Source: Candidatus Omnitrophota bacterium (GTDB lineage Bacteria > Omnitrophota > Gorgyraeia > 2-02-FULL-51-18). From it: DNA of 54,985 nt. Each line of letters starts with the position of its first letter. Positions within the stretch are counted from its first letter, which is position 1. The translations under genes and the position numbers were made by a program. Below, one piece after another: positions 26,239-36,118 of this stretch. The DNA lies in the NCBI GenBank assembly GCA_016180585.1, contig JACPAX010000008.1, positions 1 through 54,985 of the forward strand. The letters run 5' to 3'. The notes beneath the pieces were generated by a model. It had not been told where the DNA came from and searched no databases. It worked only from the letters and a program-made list of their open reading frames with translations.

Positions 26239-28491
26239 TTGCTTTGGGTCTCCATGAATTTTTTCAAGATATCGCATCCTAAGGCTAAGCTTGGCCGCGG
26301 GGCCTGCCGCCTACGGGACTCTATTTTCTTCAAGTGCTTCGCCTTGAATAAAATAGAGGACTCCCCTTCGGCGTCACCCGCGGCGGTTTTCCTTCTGGTT
26401 TTGGTTTTCTCTTTCTACTCTCTTGTCCCGCTTTTTGCCGCTTCCGATTTGCCCAAAGAAGAGGAAGGCCGGGCGCCCGTCCAGGTGCACGGCGACACCG
26501 TCGAGTATTTTCATGAAGAGGAAAAGGTGGTCGGCACGGGCCACGTCTCCATCGATTATGAGGGCGCGACGCTCACGGCGGACAAGGTCACGGTCTACAT
26601 GAAGACGAAGCTCGCGGTGGCCGAGGGAAACGTCGTGCTGACGCAGAAGGGGAGCGTGTACAAGGGTTCCCGGGCGGAATACAATTTTGAGAAGAAGGCG
26701 GGGAACGTCTCCGGGATGGACGGATTCATCGATCCCAGCTTTTACGGGAAAGCCCAAAAGATAGAAAAGATTTCGGAGGGGCATTACCGGGCGACGGGCG
26801 GCTACGTGACCACCTGTTGCGGCGACAGCCCCTTCTACAAAATACAGGCCCAGCAGGTCGACATTTACCCCGAAAAAAAGGTCGTGATCAAAAATGCCCT
26901 TGTCCTCGTCAAGGGCGTGCCGATCTTTTATATTCCCTATTACGTCCAGCCCCTTTTTGACTTCGAGCGCTTTCCGGTCCAGGTTGTGCCCGGCAAAAAT
27001 CAGGAGTGGGGATCGTTTATCCTGAGCAAGTGGCGGTACAATCTCATGGATACGCCCGCGGTGAAATCCAGGGGAAACATTCTTCTGGATTACCGCGCCC
27101 GGCGCAGCGTCGGCGTCGGCGTGGAAAATTATTACCGGACGGACGCCCTGGGCCGCGGCGCTTTCAAGTTTTACAGCGCCGAGGACAGGGAGCCGCCCGA
27201 CGGCGTCGAGACCCCGAGGGACCGCACCCAGTGGAGGCACCAGGCGGCGTTGGGAGAGTCCACGACGTTGATCACCGAGATAAACAAGCTCAGCGACGCG
27301 ACGGTCATCAAGGATTTTTTCTTCCGCGAGGAGTACGAGAAAAACGCGTTTCCGGACAATTACGCGTCCCTCATCACCGCAAGGCCGGAATACACGTTCA
27401 GCGTTCTCCATCGCCAGCGCTTCGACGATTTTTTCTCGGTGGTCGAGAGGGCCCCCGAGCTGCGCTTCGACACTCATAACCGCCAGTTCGCGGAGACCCC
27501 GTTTTATCTGCGCCAGGAAGTCCAGTTTTCCAATCTAAAAAAACAGTTCGCCAATTCCGACGAGGGGCTGGACACGCTGCGCCTGGACGCCAATCACACG
27601 CTGACTTACGCCGGCCATTTGGGCGCGGTTTCCGTCGCGCCGCATCTGGGGACCCGGCAGACGTATTATTCGCGCGAGATCGTAGGCGACCGCTCGCTTT
27701 GGCGCGGGACCTTTGACCCCGGGGTGGACCTCAGCACGCGTTTTTACAGGGTGTATGACGTTTACGTCAAAAAATTCGGGCTTGATTACAATCAGCTCCG
27801 CCACACGTTTACGCCGACCGTCAGTTACGATTGGCGGCCGAGTCCCACGGTATCCCGGACGCTTCTTCAGCAGTTTGACGCGCTCGACGCGATCGACAAG
27901 AGAAATATCCTGCGGTTTAACTTTGAGAATAAACTTCACGCCAAAGAGCACGCCAAAGACGGAACGCTCGTCGCGCGCCAAATCGCAAGAATCATTCCCT
28001 CCTTCGGGGTGGATCTCCATACCGGCCGTCTGGAGGATGTGGCGATAGACGCCGAGCTCAGGCCTTACTCGTGGCTGGGGCTTGAGGCCGACGCCACGTA
28101 TGACGCGCAGGCGCACGACGTCGACACGGCGAACTTCGATTTTTACCTGGGCAAAACGGAGAACTTTCGGCTCGCCGTGGGGCAGCGGTACGTGCAGGAC
28201 CAGAGCAGCCAGACGACGGGCCAGGTCAACTGGAGGCTTTCACCCGATCTGGAAATCAAGGTGTATGAACGCTACGAATTCCAGACCCGGGAGTCCAAAG
28301 AGTTCGAGTTCATGATCTCCAGGGCCTTCAGCTGCGTCATCGTGGATTTTACCTACAATCACGGCGACGGGGACACGTTTTATTTTGTGTTCCGGCTCAA
28401 AGGCTTCCCGAAGGCCTCCTTCAGCCTGAACCAGTCGTATAACCGGCCGAAGTCGGACGACCCGACGCGGCCCTCGATGTTTTCCATTTAA
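26239..28491 (+). CDS. lptD: LPS-assembly outer-membrane protein LptD (OstA family)
   Basis: OstA N-domain (VHGDTVEYF...ATLTADKVTVY...AEGNVVL) followed by a long beta-barrel-like region. The true start is uncertain: TTG 26239, ATG 26254 and TTG 26344 are all in frame. Confidence 0.8.
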   Translation: MLWVSMNFFKISHPKAKLGRGACRLRDSIFFKCFALNKIEDSPSASPAAVFLLVLVFSFYSLVPLFAASDLPKEEEGRAPVQVHGDTVEYFHEEEKVVGTGHVSIDYEGATLTADKVTVYMKTKLAVAEGNVVLTQKGSVYKGSRAEYNFEKKAGNVSGMDGFIDPSFYGKAQKIEKISEGHYRATGGYVTTCCGDSPFYKIQAQQVDIYPEKKVVIKNALVLVKGVPIFYIPYYVQPLFDFERFPVQVVPGKNQEWGSFILSKWRYNLMDTPAVKSRGNILLDYRARRSVGVGVENYYRTDALGRGAFKFYSAEDREPPDGVETPRDRTQWRHQAALGESTTLITEINKLSDATVIKDFFFREEYEKNAFPDNYASLITARPEYTFSVLHRQRFDDFFSVVERAPELRFDTHNRQFAETPFYLRQEVQFSNLKKQFANSDEGLDTLRLDANHTLTYAGHLGAVSVAPHLGTRQTYYSREIVGDRSLWRGTFDPGVDLSTRFYRVYDVYVKKFGLDYNQLRHTFTPTVSYDWRPSPTVSRTLLQQFDALDAIDKRNILRFNFENKLHAKEHAKDGTLVARQIARIIPSFGVDLHTGRLEDVAIDAELRPYSWLGLEADATYDAQAHDVDTANFDFYLGKTENFRLAVGQRYVQDQSSQTTGQVNWRLSPDLEIKVYERYEFQTRESKEFEFMISRAFSCVIVDFTYNHGDGDTFYFVFRLKGFPKASFSLNQSYNRPKSDDPTRPSMFSI

Positions 28492-29784
28492 ATGAAACTG
28501 TCGGTGGTCGGCTGCGGCTACGTGGGGCTGGTGTCCGGGGCGTGTCTGGCGTCCCTCGGGAACGAGGTGGTCTGCGTCGACATCGACAAGCGGAAGATCG
28601 CGCTCTTAAAAAAAGGGAAGATGCCGATCTACGAGCCCGGTCTCGGGGACCTCGTGCGCGAAAACGTCCGGAGGCGCCGCCTTTTTTTCACTTCGGACCT
28701 GAAGCGGGCCGTAAGGAAATCGGACGTGATTTTTATCGCGGTCGGCACTCCGCCGCGGCCCAACGGCGGGGCGGACTTAAGCTTTGTCGAGAACGTCGCG
28801 CGGACCATCGCCGAAGAGATGAATTCTTTCAAGATCATCGTCGAGAAGAGCACCGTCCCGGTGGAGACCGGCGAATGGATCCAAAAAACCGTCGAACGCT
28901 ACGCCAAAAAAGGCGCCAAGTTTGAGGTGGCCTCAAACCCCGAGTTTTTGCGCGAGGGGACGGCGGTCAAGGACTTCATGCATCCGGACCGCGTCATCCT
29001 GGGCGTCGAGTCCAAAAAGGCGGAGGAGGCCTTAAGGCAGATTTACCGGCCGCTCAAGGTCCCGATCGTCGCCACCGACATCCGGAGCGCCGAGATCATC
29101 AAGCACGCGTCCAATTCGTTTCTGGCGATGAAGATTTCCTTCATCAACGCGATCAGCAATCTCTGCGACGCCGCGAAGGCCGATGTCGGCCAGGTCGCGC
29201 TCGGGGTGGGGCTTGACCGGAGGATCGGCCCCGCGTTTCTCAACGCGGGCATCGGATTCGGCGGTTTCTGTTTCCCCAAGGACCTGGCGGCGTTCATCCA
29301 CCTCTCGGAAAAGCTGGGCTACGATTTCGAGCTCCTCAGGGCCGTCGAGAAAATCAACCAGAACCAGAAGGCCGTCTTCCTGAAAAAAATCGATCAGGCG
29401 ATCTGGAACGTGGGCTCCAAGACCATCGGGGTGCTGGGCCTCTCGTTCAAGCCCGATACCGATGACATGCGTTTTGCGCCGAGCATCGAAATCATCGAGG
29501 CGCTGCAGGCGCAGGGCGCCAGGGTCAGGGCGTTTGACCCGCATGCGATGCCGAAGGCCGGGGAAATTTTTAAAAACGTCGTGTTCTGCAAGGACAGTTA
29601 TTCGGCATGCCGGGGCAGCGATTGCCTGGTGATCCTGACGGAGTGGGATGAATTTAAAAAGCTCGATTTGAAAAAAGTCAAAAAACTTTTGAACCAGCCC
29701 GTCATCGTGGATGGGCGAAATATTTACCGGCCCGAGGAAGTGAGGGCGTTGGGGTTTCGGTATTTTTCGATGGGGAGGAGTTGA
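28492..29784 (+). CDS. ugd: UDP-glucose 6-dehydrogenase
   Basis: MKLSVVGCGYVGLVSGACLA Rossmann N-terminus and the catalytic GFGGFCFPKD motif. Confidence 0.93.
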   Translation: MKLSVVGCGYVGLVSGACLASLGNEVVCVDIDKRKIALLKKGKMPIYEPGLGDLVRENVRRRRLFFTSDLKRAVRKSDVIFIAVGTPPRPNGGADLSFVENVARTIAEEMNSFKIIVEKSTVPVETGEWIQKTVERYAKKGAKFEVASNPEFLREGTAVKDFMHPDRVILGVESKKAEEALRQIYRPLKVPIVATDIRSAEIIKHASNSFLAMKISFINAISNLCDAAKADVGQVALGVGLDRRIGPAFLNAGIGFGGFCFPKDLAAFIHLSEKLGYDFELLRAVEKINQNQKAVFLKKIDQAIWNVGSKTIGVLGLSFKPDTDDMRFAPSIEIIEALQAQGARVRAFDPHAMPKAGEIFKNVVFCKDSYSACRGSDCLVILTEWDEFKKLDLKKVKKLLNQPVIVDGRNIYRPEEVRALGFRYFSMGRS

Positions 29785-29941
29785 GAAAGGAAGAAGAAGA
29801 GGGGATGAGGGTGGGTTGTGGGTTGTGGGTCGGGGGGTGGGAGTGAGGGGGGGAAGAAGAAGAGGGGATGAGGGTGAGTGGTGGGTTGTGGGTCGGGGGT
29901 GGGAGTGGGAGTGAGGGGGGAGGAAAAGAGGGGGGCGGGGG
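29785..29941 (+). repeat. G-rich, C-depleted tandem duplication (about 63-nt unit, two copies) filling the whole ugd-rfbA spacer
   Basis: The units start at 29790 and 29853 (gaagaagaagaggggatgagggtg...). There are only three C residues in 157 nt and many GGG/GGGG tracts. Confidence 0.9.
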
Positions 29942-30742
29942 ATGAATGACTTGAAGGGGGTGATTCTGGCGGGGGGGCTCGGGAAAAGGCTCTGGCCGCT
30001 TACCAAGATTACCAATAAGCACCTGCTGCCGATTTACGACAAGCCGATGATTTATTACCCGCTGAGTCTCCTCGTGGAGGCCGGGATCAAGGACATCCTG
30101 ATCGTGACCGGCGGCAACCACGCCGGGGAATTCCTGCGGCTTTTGGGCAACGGCCAGGCGTTCGGCCTGAAGCACATCAACTACACCTACCAGGAGGGGG
30201 AAGGCGGGATCGCGGAGGCGTTGGGGCTGGCGCGCCATTTCGCGACCGGCAAGAAACTGGCGGTGGTCCTGGGCGACAATATCTTTGAGCACAGCGTGAG
30301 ACCCATGATTGAATCTTTCAGAAGGCAGAGAAAAGGCGCGCGGGTCCTCCTGAAAAAAGTAAACGACGCCCACCGATTCGGCGTCGCGGACGTGCGCGGC
30401 AAGCGCATTTTATCCATCGAAGAAAAGCCTCTCAAGCCGAAATCCAACTGGGCCGTGACGGGCATCTACCTCTATGACTCGGCCGTTTTTGACATCATCC
30501 AAACGCTTAAACCCTCGTCCCGGGGAGAGCTTGAGATCACCGACGTGAATAACGCCTATGCGCGGAAAGGCCAGCTTGAGTTTGACACGCTCGACGGCTG
30601 GTGGACGGACAGCGGGACCTTTGATTCGCTGCTCAAGGCCAATCAGTTGGTGGCTAGACAAGCAAAATATGAAGCAAGAAGCAGGAAGCATGAGGCAGGA
30701 AGCATGAGGCAGGAAGCAGGAAGCATGAGGCATGAAGCATGA
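29942..30742 (+). CDS. rfbA: Sugar-1-phosphate nucleotidylyltransferase (glucose-1-phosphate thymidylyltransferase, short form). Its C-terminal tail is encoded by the microsatellite.
   Basis: GVILAGGLGKRLWPLT and EKP....N.AVTGIYLYD motifs. The last ~25 codons (KYEARSRKHEAGSMRQEAGSMRHEA) read into the repeat tract. Confidence 0.85.
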   Translation: MNDLKGVILAGGLGKRLWPLTKITNKHLLPIYDKPMIYYPLSLLVEAGIKDILIVTGGNHAGEFLRLLGNGQAFGLKHINYTYQEGEGGIAEALGLARHFATGKKLAVVLGDNIFEHSVRPMIESFRRQRKGARVLLKKVNDAHRFGVADVRGKRILSIEEKPLKPKSNWAVTGIYLYDSAVFDIIQTLKPSSRGELEITDVNNAYARKGQLEFDTLDGWWTDSGTFDSLLKANQLVARQAKYEARSRKHEAGSMRQEAGSMRHEA

Positions 30743-30968
30743 GGCATGAGGCAGGAAGCATGAGGCATGAGGCATGAGGCGGGAAGCATGAGGCATGAGG
30801 CATGAGGCATGAAGCATGAGGCATGAAGCATGAGGCATGAGGCAGGAAGCATGAGGCATGATAAAAGAACTGTCTTTTCCTGCTTCCTGCTTCCTGCTTC
30901 CTGCTTCCTGCTTCATGCTTCCTGCTTCATGTTTCCTGTTTCCTGTTTCCTGCTTCCTGCCTCATCCT
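30668..30968. repeat. Microsatellite-built giant hairpin. About 190 nt of catgagg/caggaag/catgaag units is followed by about 90 nt of their reverse complement.
   Basis: Left arm 30668-30860, loop around 30861-30876, right arm 30877-30968 (tcctgcttcctgcttcatgc...). Confidence 0.9.
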
Positions 30969-30994
30969 TCAAACTTATATTGTAAAGAGGACTT

Positions 30995-31999
30995 ATGAAA
31001 GTATTGGTGACGGGGGGGGCGGGGTTTATCGGGTCCTGGCTTGTCCGCTTGTGGCTTCGCGAGGAACCGGGCATTTCGATCGTCAATCTGGACAAGCTGA
31101 CTTACAGCGGCGATCTGGCGCGTCTCGAGGAGGCGGCGGGCGATCGCCGCCACCGTTTCATCCAGGGGGATGTCTGCGACGCGCGCGCCGTCGGCGAAGC
31201 GATGGAAGGCTGTGACGGCGTCGTCCACCTGGCCGCCGAGACGCATGTGGACCGATCGCTTCTCGACGGCAAGGCGTTTATCGACACCAACGCCTACGGG
31301 ACCTATGCGCTTCTGGAGACGGCCCGGAAAAAGGGCGTGAAGGTTTTTCTCACCGTCAGCACCGATGAGGTCTACGGCAGCCGGGCGAAAGGCTATTTTA
31401 CCGAGAAAGACGCCCTGAACCCGACGAGCCCTTATTCCGTCAGCAAGGCCGCGGCCGATTTTCTGACGCAATCCGCCGCGCGCACCCACGGCCTGCGCGC
31501 GGTGGTGACGCGCGGCTCCAACACGTTCGGCCCTTTCCAGTATCCCGAGAAAGTGATCCCGCTCTTCGTGTCCAACGCGCTCTCCGGGAAAAAGTTGCCG
31601 CTTTACGGCGACGGCCTGCATGTCCGCAACTGGCTGTACGTCGAGGACCACTGCCGCGCGATCCTTCTGGCCTTCCGGAAAGGCCGGGCGGGGGAGGTCT
31701 ACAATATTTCGTCGGGCGTCGAGATGACCAACCGGGAGCTGACGCGCCGGATTTTGAAACTGCTCGACAAGCCGGCGTCCTGCGTGCAAAAGGTCAGGGA
31801 CCGACTCGGGCACGATCGGCGCTACGCGATCAGCTCGAAGAAGCTGCGCGCGCTGGGCTGGAAAGAAAAATTTTCTTTTGAGCAGTCTCTGCGCGACACC
31901 GTCCAGTGGTATTGTCGGAACGTGTCGTGGTGGAAGTCCATCCTCGAAAAATCGCGCGATTTCAAGGACTATTACGCCAGGGCCTATGGGAACGGGTGA
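30995..31999 (+). CDS. rfbB: dTDP-glucose 4,6-dehydratase
   Basis: MKVLVTGGAGFIGS, the STDEVYG and YSVSKAA catalytic motifs, and a C-terminus typical of RfbB. Confidence 0.93.
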   Translation: MKVLVTGGAGFIGSWLVRLWLREEPGISIVNLDKLTYSGDLARLEEAAGDRRHRFIQGDVCDARAVGEAMEGCDGVVHLAAETHVDRSLLDGKAFIDTNAYGTYALLETARKKGVKVFLTVSTDEVYGSRAKGYFTEKDALNPTSPYSVSKAAADFLTQSAARTHGLRAVVTRGSNTFGPFQYPEKVIPLFVSNALSGKKLPLYGDGLHVRNWLYVEDHCRAILLAFRKGRAGEVYNISSGVEMTNRELTRRILKLLDKPASCVQKVRDRLGHDRRYAISSKKLRALGWKEKFSFEQSLRDTVQWYCRNVSWWKSILEKSRDFKDYYARAYGNG

Positions 32000-32903
32000 A
32001 GTCCTTCTGACCGGCGCCACGGGACTTCTCGGCAGGGCGCTTGTCCGGCATCTGGCCGCGGACTATTCGGTCACCGCGGTTTCGAAGAGCGGGGCCGGAT
32101 CCGTCGTCCCGTGCGATTTGTCGGAAGAGGGAAGTGTCGCCGCCCTGTTCGGCTCCCGGAAGCTCAGCCTGGCCGTGCATGCGGCGGCCTGGTCGGACGT
32201 GGACGGCTGCGAGAACGACCCGATGCTCGCGCATCGCGTAAACGCGCTCGGCACGCGGCATCTGGCGCTTGAATGCGCAAGACGCCGGATCCCGCTTGTC
32301 TATATCAGCACCGATTACGTATTTGACGGACGGAAAGAAACGCCGTATGAAGAAAAAGACCGGACGTGTCCGGTGAACGTCTACGGGATGACGAAGCTGG
32401 AGGGGGAGCATTACGCCCGACTCGCGCCGCGGTCGGTCGTGGTGCGCACGAGCTGGCTTTTCGGCGCCGGGCCTTCCTCCGGTTTTGTGAACGCGATGCT
32501 GGGACGCCTGAAAAACGAAGACGCCGTCCAGGTGCTTGACGACCAAGTGGGGGCGCCGACCTATGCGGAAGACCTGTCGGGCGCGATCCGACGGATCGCC
32601 GCGTATTTGCTGGATCGGGGACCCGCCGCCGCGATGCCCGCCGGGGGCGGTCTGTTTCACGTCTGCAATGCGGGGAGCGCCACCCGTTATGAAATGGCCC
32701 TTCGCATGACGGAGTGGCTGGGTCTTGGGCGTGTCCGTGTTGAAAAGGCCGTGGAAAAATCCGTGCCGGGCCGCGTCGCGATACGGCCGCGCCGCTCGGT
32801 CATGTCGCCGGCGCATTTCGAGAATTTTTTTAAAGAGCGGATGAGACCTTGGGAGGAAAGCCTGAAGGATTATTTGAACGGAATGGCCGCATGCGCGCGC
32901 TGA
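31986..32903 (+). CDS. rfbD: dTDP-4-dehydrorhamnose reductase
   Basis: LLTGATGLLGRAL, STDYVFDG and YGMTKLEGE motifs. The ATG at 31986 overlaps the rfbB stop. Confidence 0.9.
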   Translation: MGTGEVLLTGATGLLGRALVRHLAADYSVTAVSKSGAGSVVPCDLSEEGSVAALFGSRKLSLAVHAAAWSDVDGCENDPMLAHRVNALGTRHLALECARRRIPLVYISTDYVFDGRKETPYEEKDRTCPVNVYGMTKLEGEHYARLAPRSVVVRTSWLFGAGPSSGFVNAMLGRLKNEDAVQVLDDQVGAPTYAEDLSGAIRRIAAYLLDRGPAAAMPAGGGLFHVCNAGSATRYEMALRMTEWLGLGRVRVEKAVEKSVPGRVAIRPRRSVMSPAHFENFFKERMRPWEESLKDYLNGMAACAR

Positions 32904-33859
32904 TTACGGGGATCACGGGATTTGCCGGAAGCCACCTTGCCGAGTTTTTGCTCGGCAAAAAAGGGCTGGAGGTGGTGGGTGTCGGGCGCATGCCGCGCGA
33001 CCGCGCCGCCCAGGGCCGCCTGAGGCCTTTCTTCGGTAAAATCGCCTATGTCGAGGCGGACATCGCCGATTTTTCCGGGATGAGGCGGGTCCTGAAAAAA
33101 TTCCGGCCCGAGCGGATTTTTCATCTGGCGGGCGTCTCCTCGGTCCGGGAATCCTGGAAAGACCCGGCCCGGACGTTGCACGTCAACGTCCAGTCCCAAC
33201 TGGGGATTTTTGAGGCGGTTCGCGGGCTCGGGCTCCGCTCGCGGATCCATGTGGCCGGCTCAAGCGAGGTGTACGGCGATGTCCCGGACGGGCGCCGTTC
33301 CATCGGCGAGGGGGCGCCGTTCAGGCCCTTCACTCCCTACGGCGTGTCCAAGGCGGCGCAGGACCTTTTGGTTTATCAGTATTTCCGCAGTTTCAGGCTC
33401 CCGGCCGTCGCGACCCGGGCTTTTCCCCACGCCGGACCGGGGCAGGACGAGGGTTTCGTGGCCAGTAATTTTGCCAGACAGATCGCGCTCATCGAGGCGG
33501 GAAAACAGGAGCCGGTGCTGCGGGTGGGAAATCTCCGATTGGTGAGGGATTTTACCGACGTTCGGGATACCGTGCGGGCGTACTGGATGGCGTTGGAAAA
33601 AGGGGATCCCGGGCAGTCTTATAATGTCTGCCGCGGCGAAGGGATTCCGCTTCGCCGGATCGTCGAAGTCTACCTGAAGGCCTCTTTCGTGAAGGTGAAG
33701 GTCGTGGTGGACCGCCAACGGCTCAGGACCAACGAGCCGCCGCGCCTAGTGGGCGATTCGTCGAAATTGAGGGAGCGGACGGGCTGGAGGCCTCTCATCG
33801 GCACGCGCACGACGCTCGTGGATCTTTTGAATTATTGGAGAGGTGAAATTGGCCGTTAA
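32891..33859 (+). CDS. NAD-dependent SDR epimerase/dehydratase, resembling GDP-mannose 4,6-dehydratase or GDP-6-deoxy-4-keto-mannose reductase
   Basis: MRALITGITGFAGSHL and YGVSKAA motifs. About 322 aa. The exact substrate cannot be determined from sequence alone. Confidence 0.7.
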   Translation: MRALITGITGFAGSHLAEFLLGKKGLEVVGVGRMPRDRAAQGRLRPFFGKIAYVEADIADFSGMRRVLKKFRPERIFHLAGVSSVRESWKDPARTLHVNVQSQLGIFEAVRGLGLRSRIHVAGSSEVYGDVPDGRRSIGEGAPFRPFTPYGVSKAAQDLLVYQYFRSFRLPAVATRAFPHAGPGQDEGFVASNFARQIALIEAGKQEPVLRVGNLRLVRDFTDVRDTVRAYWMALEKGDPGQSYNVCRGEGIPLRRIVEVYLKASFVKVKVVVDRQRLRTNEPPRLVGDSSKLRERTGWRPLIGTRTTLVDLLNYWRGEIGR

Positions 33860-35156
33860 CGAGCTTTGCCGAAAGATACGCTCCGGCGCCGCGCAGATCG
33901 CGGTCGTGGGGCTGGGCTACGTCGGCCTGCCGCTTGCGGTCGCGTTCGCCAAAAAAGGCTTCAGGGTCATCGGGGTCGATACGGACCGCCGGAAGATCGC
34001 CTCTCTTTCGGCGGGGCGCTCGTACGTGCTCGACGTGCGGTCGGACGATCTTGGGAGGGTCCTGCGCCGCGGCCGGTTCACGCCGGCGGCCGATTACGCG
34101 CAGATCGCTTCCTCGGACGCCGTCATCGTTTGCGTCCCCACCCCTTTGAGCAAAACCAAAGAGCCGGACATCTCGTTTGTCGTGCAGGCGACCAAGTCCA
34201 TTCTGCGGCATCTGAAGAAAGGGCAGCTGGTGGTCTTGGAAAGCACGACTTATCCCGGGACCACCGAAGAGGTGGTGCTGCCGCTTTTGCAAAAATCCGG
34301 CCTGCGTTTCGAAAAGGATTTTTTTCTCGCGTTTTCCCCCGAGCGGGTGGACCCGGGCAACAAGCAATACCCCATCACCTCGATTCCCAAGATCGTCGGC
34401 GGCGCCGGGCCGGCGTCCGGCATGGCCGCCAAGACCCTCTACGGGACCATCATGCGCCGCGTCGTTCCCGTTTCTTCGGCGCGCGCCGCGGAGATGGCCA
34501 AGCTTCTCGAAAACACGTTTCGGAGCGTCAACATCGGCCTGATCAACGAGATCGCTCTGATGTGCCAGCGTCTTGGCGTGGACATCTGGGAGGTGATCGG
34601 AGCGGCCAAGACCAAGCCCTTCGGTTTCATGGCGTTTTATCCGGGTCCCGGCATCGGAGGGCATTGCCTTCCCATCGACCCTCTGTATCTGTCCTGGACG
34701 TCCCGCCTGCACGGTTTTACGGCAAGGATGATTGAGCTGGCGGCTTCGGTGAATGAGGAGATGCCGGTGCATGTCGTCGAGCGGATCGCGCATCTTTTGG
34801 GCCTGCGGCGGCTCCCGCTCAAGCATTCCGAGGTGCTGGTGCTCGGCCTGACTTACAAGAAAAACGTAAACGACCTGAGAGAGTCGCCGGCGCTCGATGT
34901 CTTGAAGATTCTCTTGTCCAAAGGCGCCGGGGTCAACTATTCGGACCCCTATATCCCGTCCGTCAGGCTGCAGCGGCAGACCCTCCGCTCCCGCCGCCTG
35001 AGCCCTTCGTTCCTTAAGCGGCAGAAGTGCGTGGTCGTATTGACGGACCATGCGTTGTTTGATTACGCAAGCGTGGTACGGCATTCTTCGCTTGTGCTGG
35101 ACACCCGGAACGCGCTTCGGAAGTTTCATCCGAGAGAGAACCTGTTTTTCCTATGA
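33843..35156 (+). CDS. Nucleotide-sugar dehydrogenase (UDP-N-acetyl-D-glucosamine or -mannosamine 6-dehydrogenase family, WbpA/WecC-like)
   Basis: IAVVGLGYVGLPLAVAF Rossmann motif and the catalytic GPGIGGHCLPIDP motif. GTG start. Confidence 0.85.
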   Translation: MKLAVNELCRKIRSGAAQIAVVGLGYVGLPLAVAFAKKGFRVIGVDTDRRKIASLSAGRSYVLDVRSDDLGRVLRRGRFTPAADYAQIASSDAVIVCVPTPLSKTKEPDISFVVQATKSILRHLKKGQLVVLESTTYPGTTEEVVLPLLQKSGLRFEKDFFLAFSPERVDPGNKQYPITSIPKIVGGAGPASGMAAKTLYGTIMRRVVPVSSARAAEMAKLLENTFRSVNIGLINEIALMCQRLGVDIWEVIGAAKTKPFGFMAFYPGPGIGGHCLPIDPLYLSWTSRLHGFTARMIELAASVNEEMPVHVVERIAHLLGLRRLPLKHSEVLVLGLTYKKNVNDLRESPALDVLKILLSKGAGVNYSDPYIPSVRLQRQTLRSRRLSPSFLKRQKCVVVLTDHALFDYASVVRHSSLVLDTRNALRKFHPRENLFFL

Positions 35157-36118
35157 AGAGGCCGCGCATCAAAAAAGCGCTCGTGACCGGCATCGCGGGG
35201 TTTGTCGGCCTGCACCTGGCCGAGGCCCTGCTCAGGCGCGGGTTTAGGGTTCGCGGTCTCGATAATTTCATGTGCAGCCGCCGGGAAGGGCTGCGCCCGC
35301 TGCTCGGGGACATCGAATTCATCGAGGGCGACGTGCGCGACCGCCGCCACGTGCGCAGGGCGGTGGACGGCGTGGACGCCGTTTTTCATCTGGCCGCGAT
35401 CCGTTCGGTGGTGAAGACCGTGGAGGATCCGCTGGTGGCCCATGAGGTGAACGCGACGGGCGCGTTGCTTCTTTTGGACGGCGCGATGAAAGCGGGCGTG
35501 AAACATTTTATTTTTACGTCGACGAGCGCCGTGTACGGCGAGGCCCGGGCCCCGCGCCAAAGGGAAAGCGGGAAGACCCTCCCGATCTCTCCTTATGGGA
35601 TCGCCAAGGCCGCGGCCGAGGAGTACCTTCGTTATTATTTCCGGCAGACGGGTTTTCCGTCGACCGCGGTGCGCATTTTCAACGTGTACGGACCGCGGCA
35701 AAATCCCGAGTCGAAATATTCGCTGGTGATTCCGGGGATGTTGTCCAGGATCCTTGCCGGCCAAAGGCCGGTGATCGAGGGAGGCGGGAGGCAGAGCCGG
35801 GACTTCGTCTATATCGGCGATATCCTCGAGGCGTTTTTCAGGATTCTCGGCAACCCCGCGGCCTACGGGAAGGTGTACAATCTGGGCTCCGGCCGCACCA
35901 CGTCCATCAACGACATTGCCGGGGCGCTGCTTCGCTTGAGCGGAAGCCGGCTCCGGCCTTTGCGCGCCCCCAGGCGTCCCGGGGACCCCAAGCGCACCTG
36001 CGCCGACATCTCTCTGATCCGAAAGGAGCTGGGGTGGACGCCGAAGGTGAGTCTGGAAAAGGGGCTGAAAGAGGTCATCGGCTGGGCGACACGGAGTAAA
36101 AAAGAGGGGAGCTGCTAG
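35153..36118 (+). CDS. NAD-dependent SDR sugar epimerase (UDP-hexose or UDP-HexNAc(A) 4-epimerase-like)
   Basis: ALVTGIAGFVGLHLAE, STSAVYG and YGIAKAAAE motifs. Confidence 0.75.
   Translation: MKRPRIKKALVTGIAGFVGLHLAEALLRRGFRVRGLDNFMCSRREGLRPLLGDIEFIEGDVRDRRHVRRAVDGVDAVFHLAAIRSVVKTVEDPLVAHEVNATGALLLLDGAMKAGVKHFIFTSTSAVYGEARAPRQRESGKTLPISPYGIAKAAAEEYLRYYFRQTGFPSTAVRIFNVYGPRQNPESKYSLVIPGMLSRILAGQRPVIEGGGRQSRDFVYIGDILEAFFRILGNPAAYGKVYNLGSGRTTSINDIAGALLRLSGSRLRPLRAPRRPGDPKRTCADISLIRKELGWTPKVSLEKGLKEVIGWATRSKKEGSC

Noticed and set aside
29702-30373. Pro/Ser/Thr-rich minus-strand ORFs (223 aa and 327 aa) spanning the ugd-rfbA spacer
   Set aside because: The low-complexity part is just the complement of the G-rich tandem repeat. 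The remainder is antisense to ugd and rfbA.
30410-30916. 168-aa and 69-aa minus-strand ORFs rich in HASCLMP repeats
   Set aside because: They are an artefact of translating the 7-8-nt microsatellite hairpin. There is no start context or non-repetitive domain.
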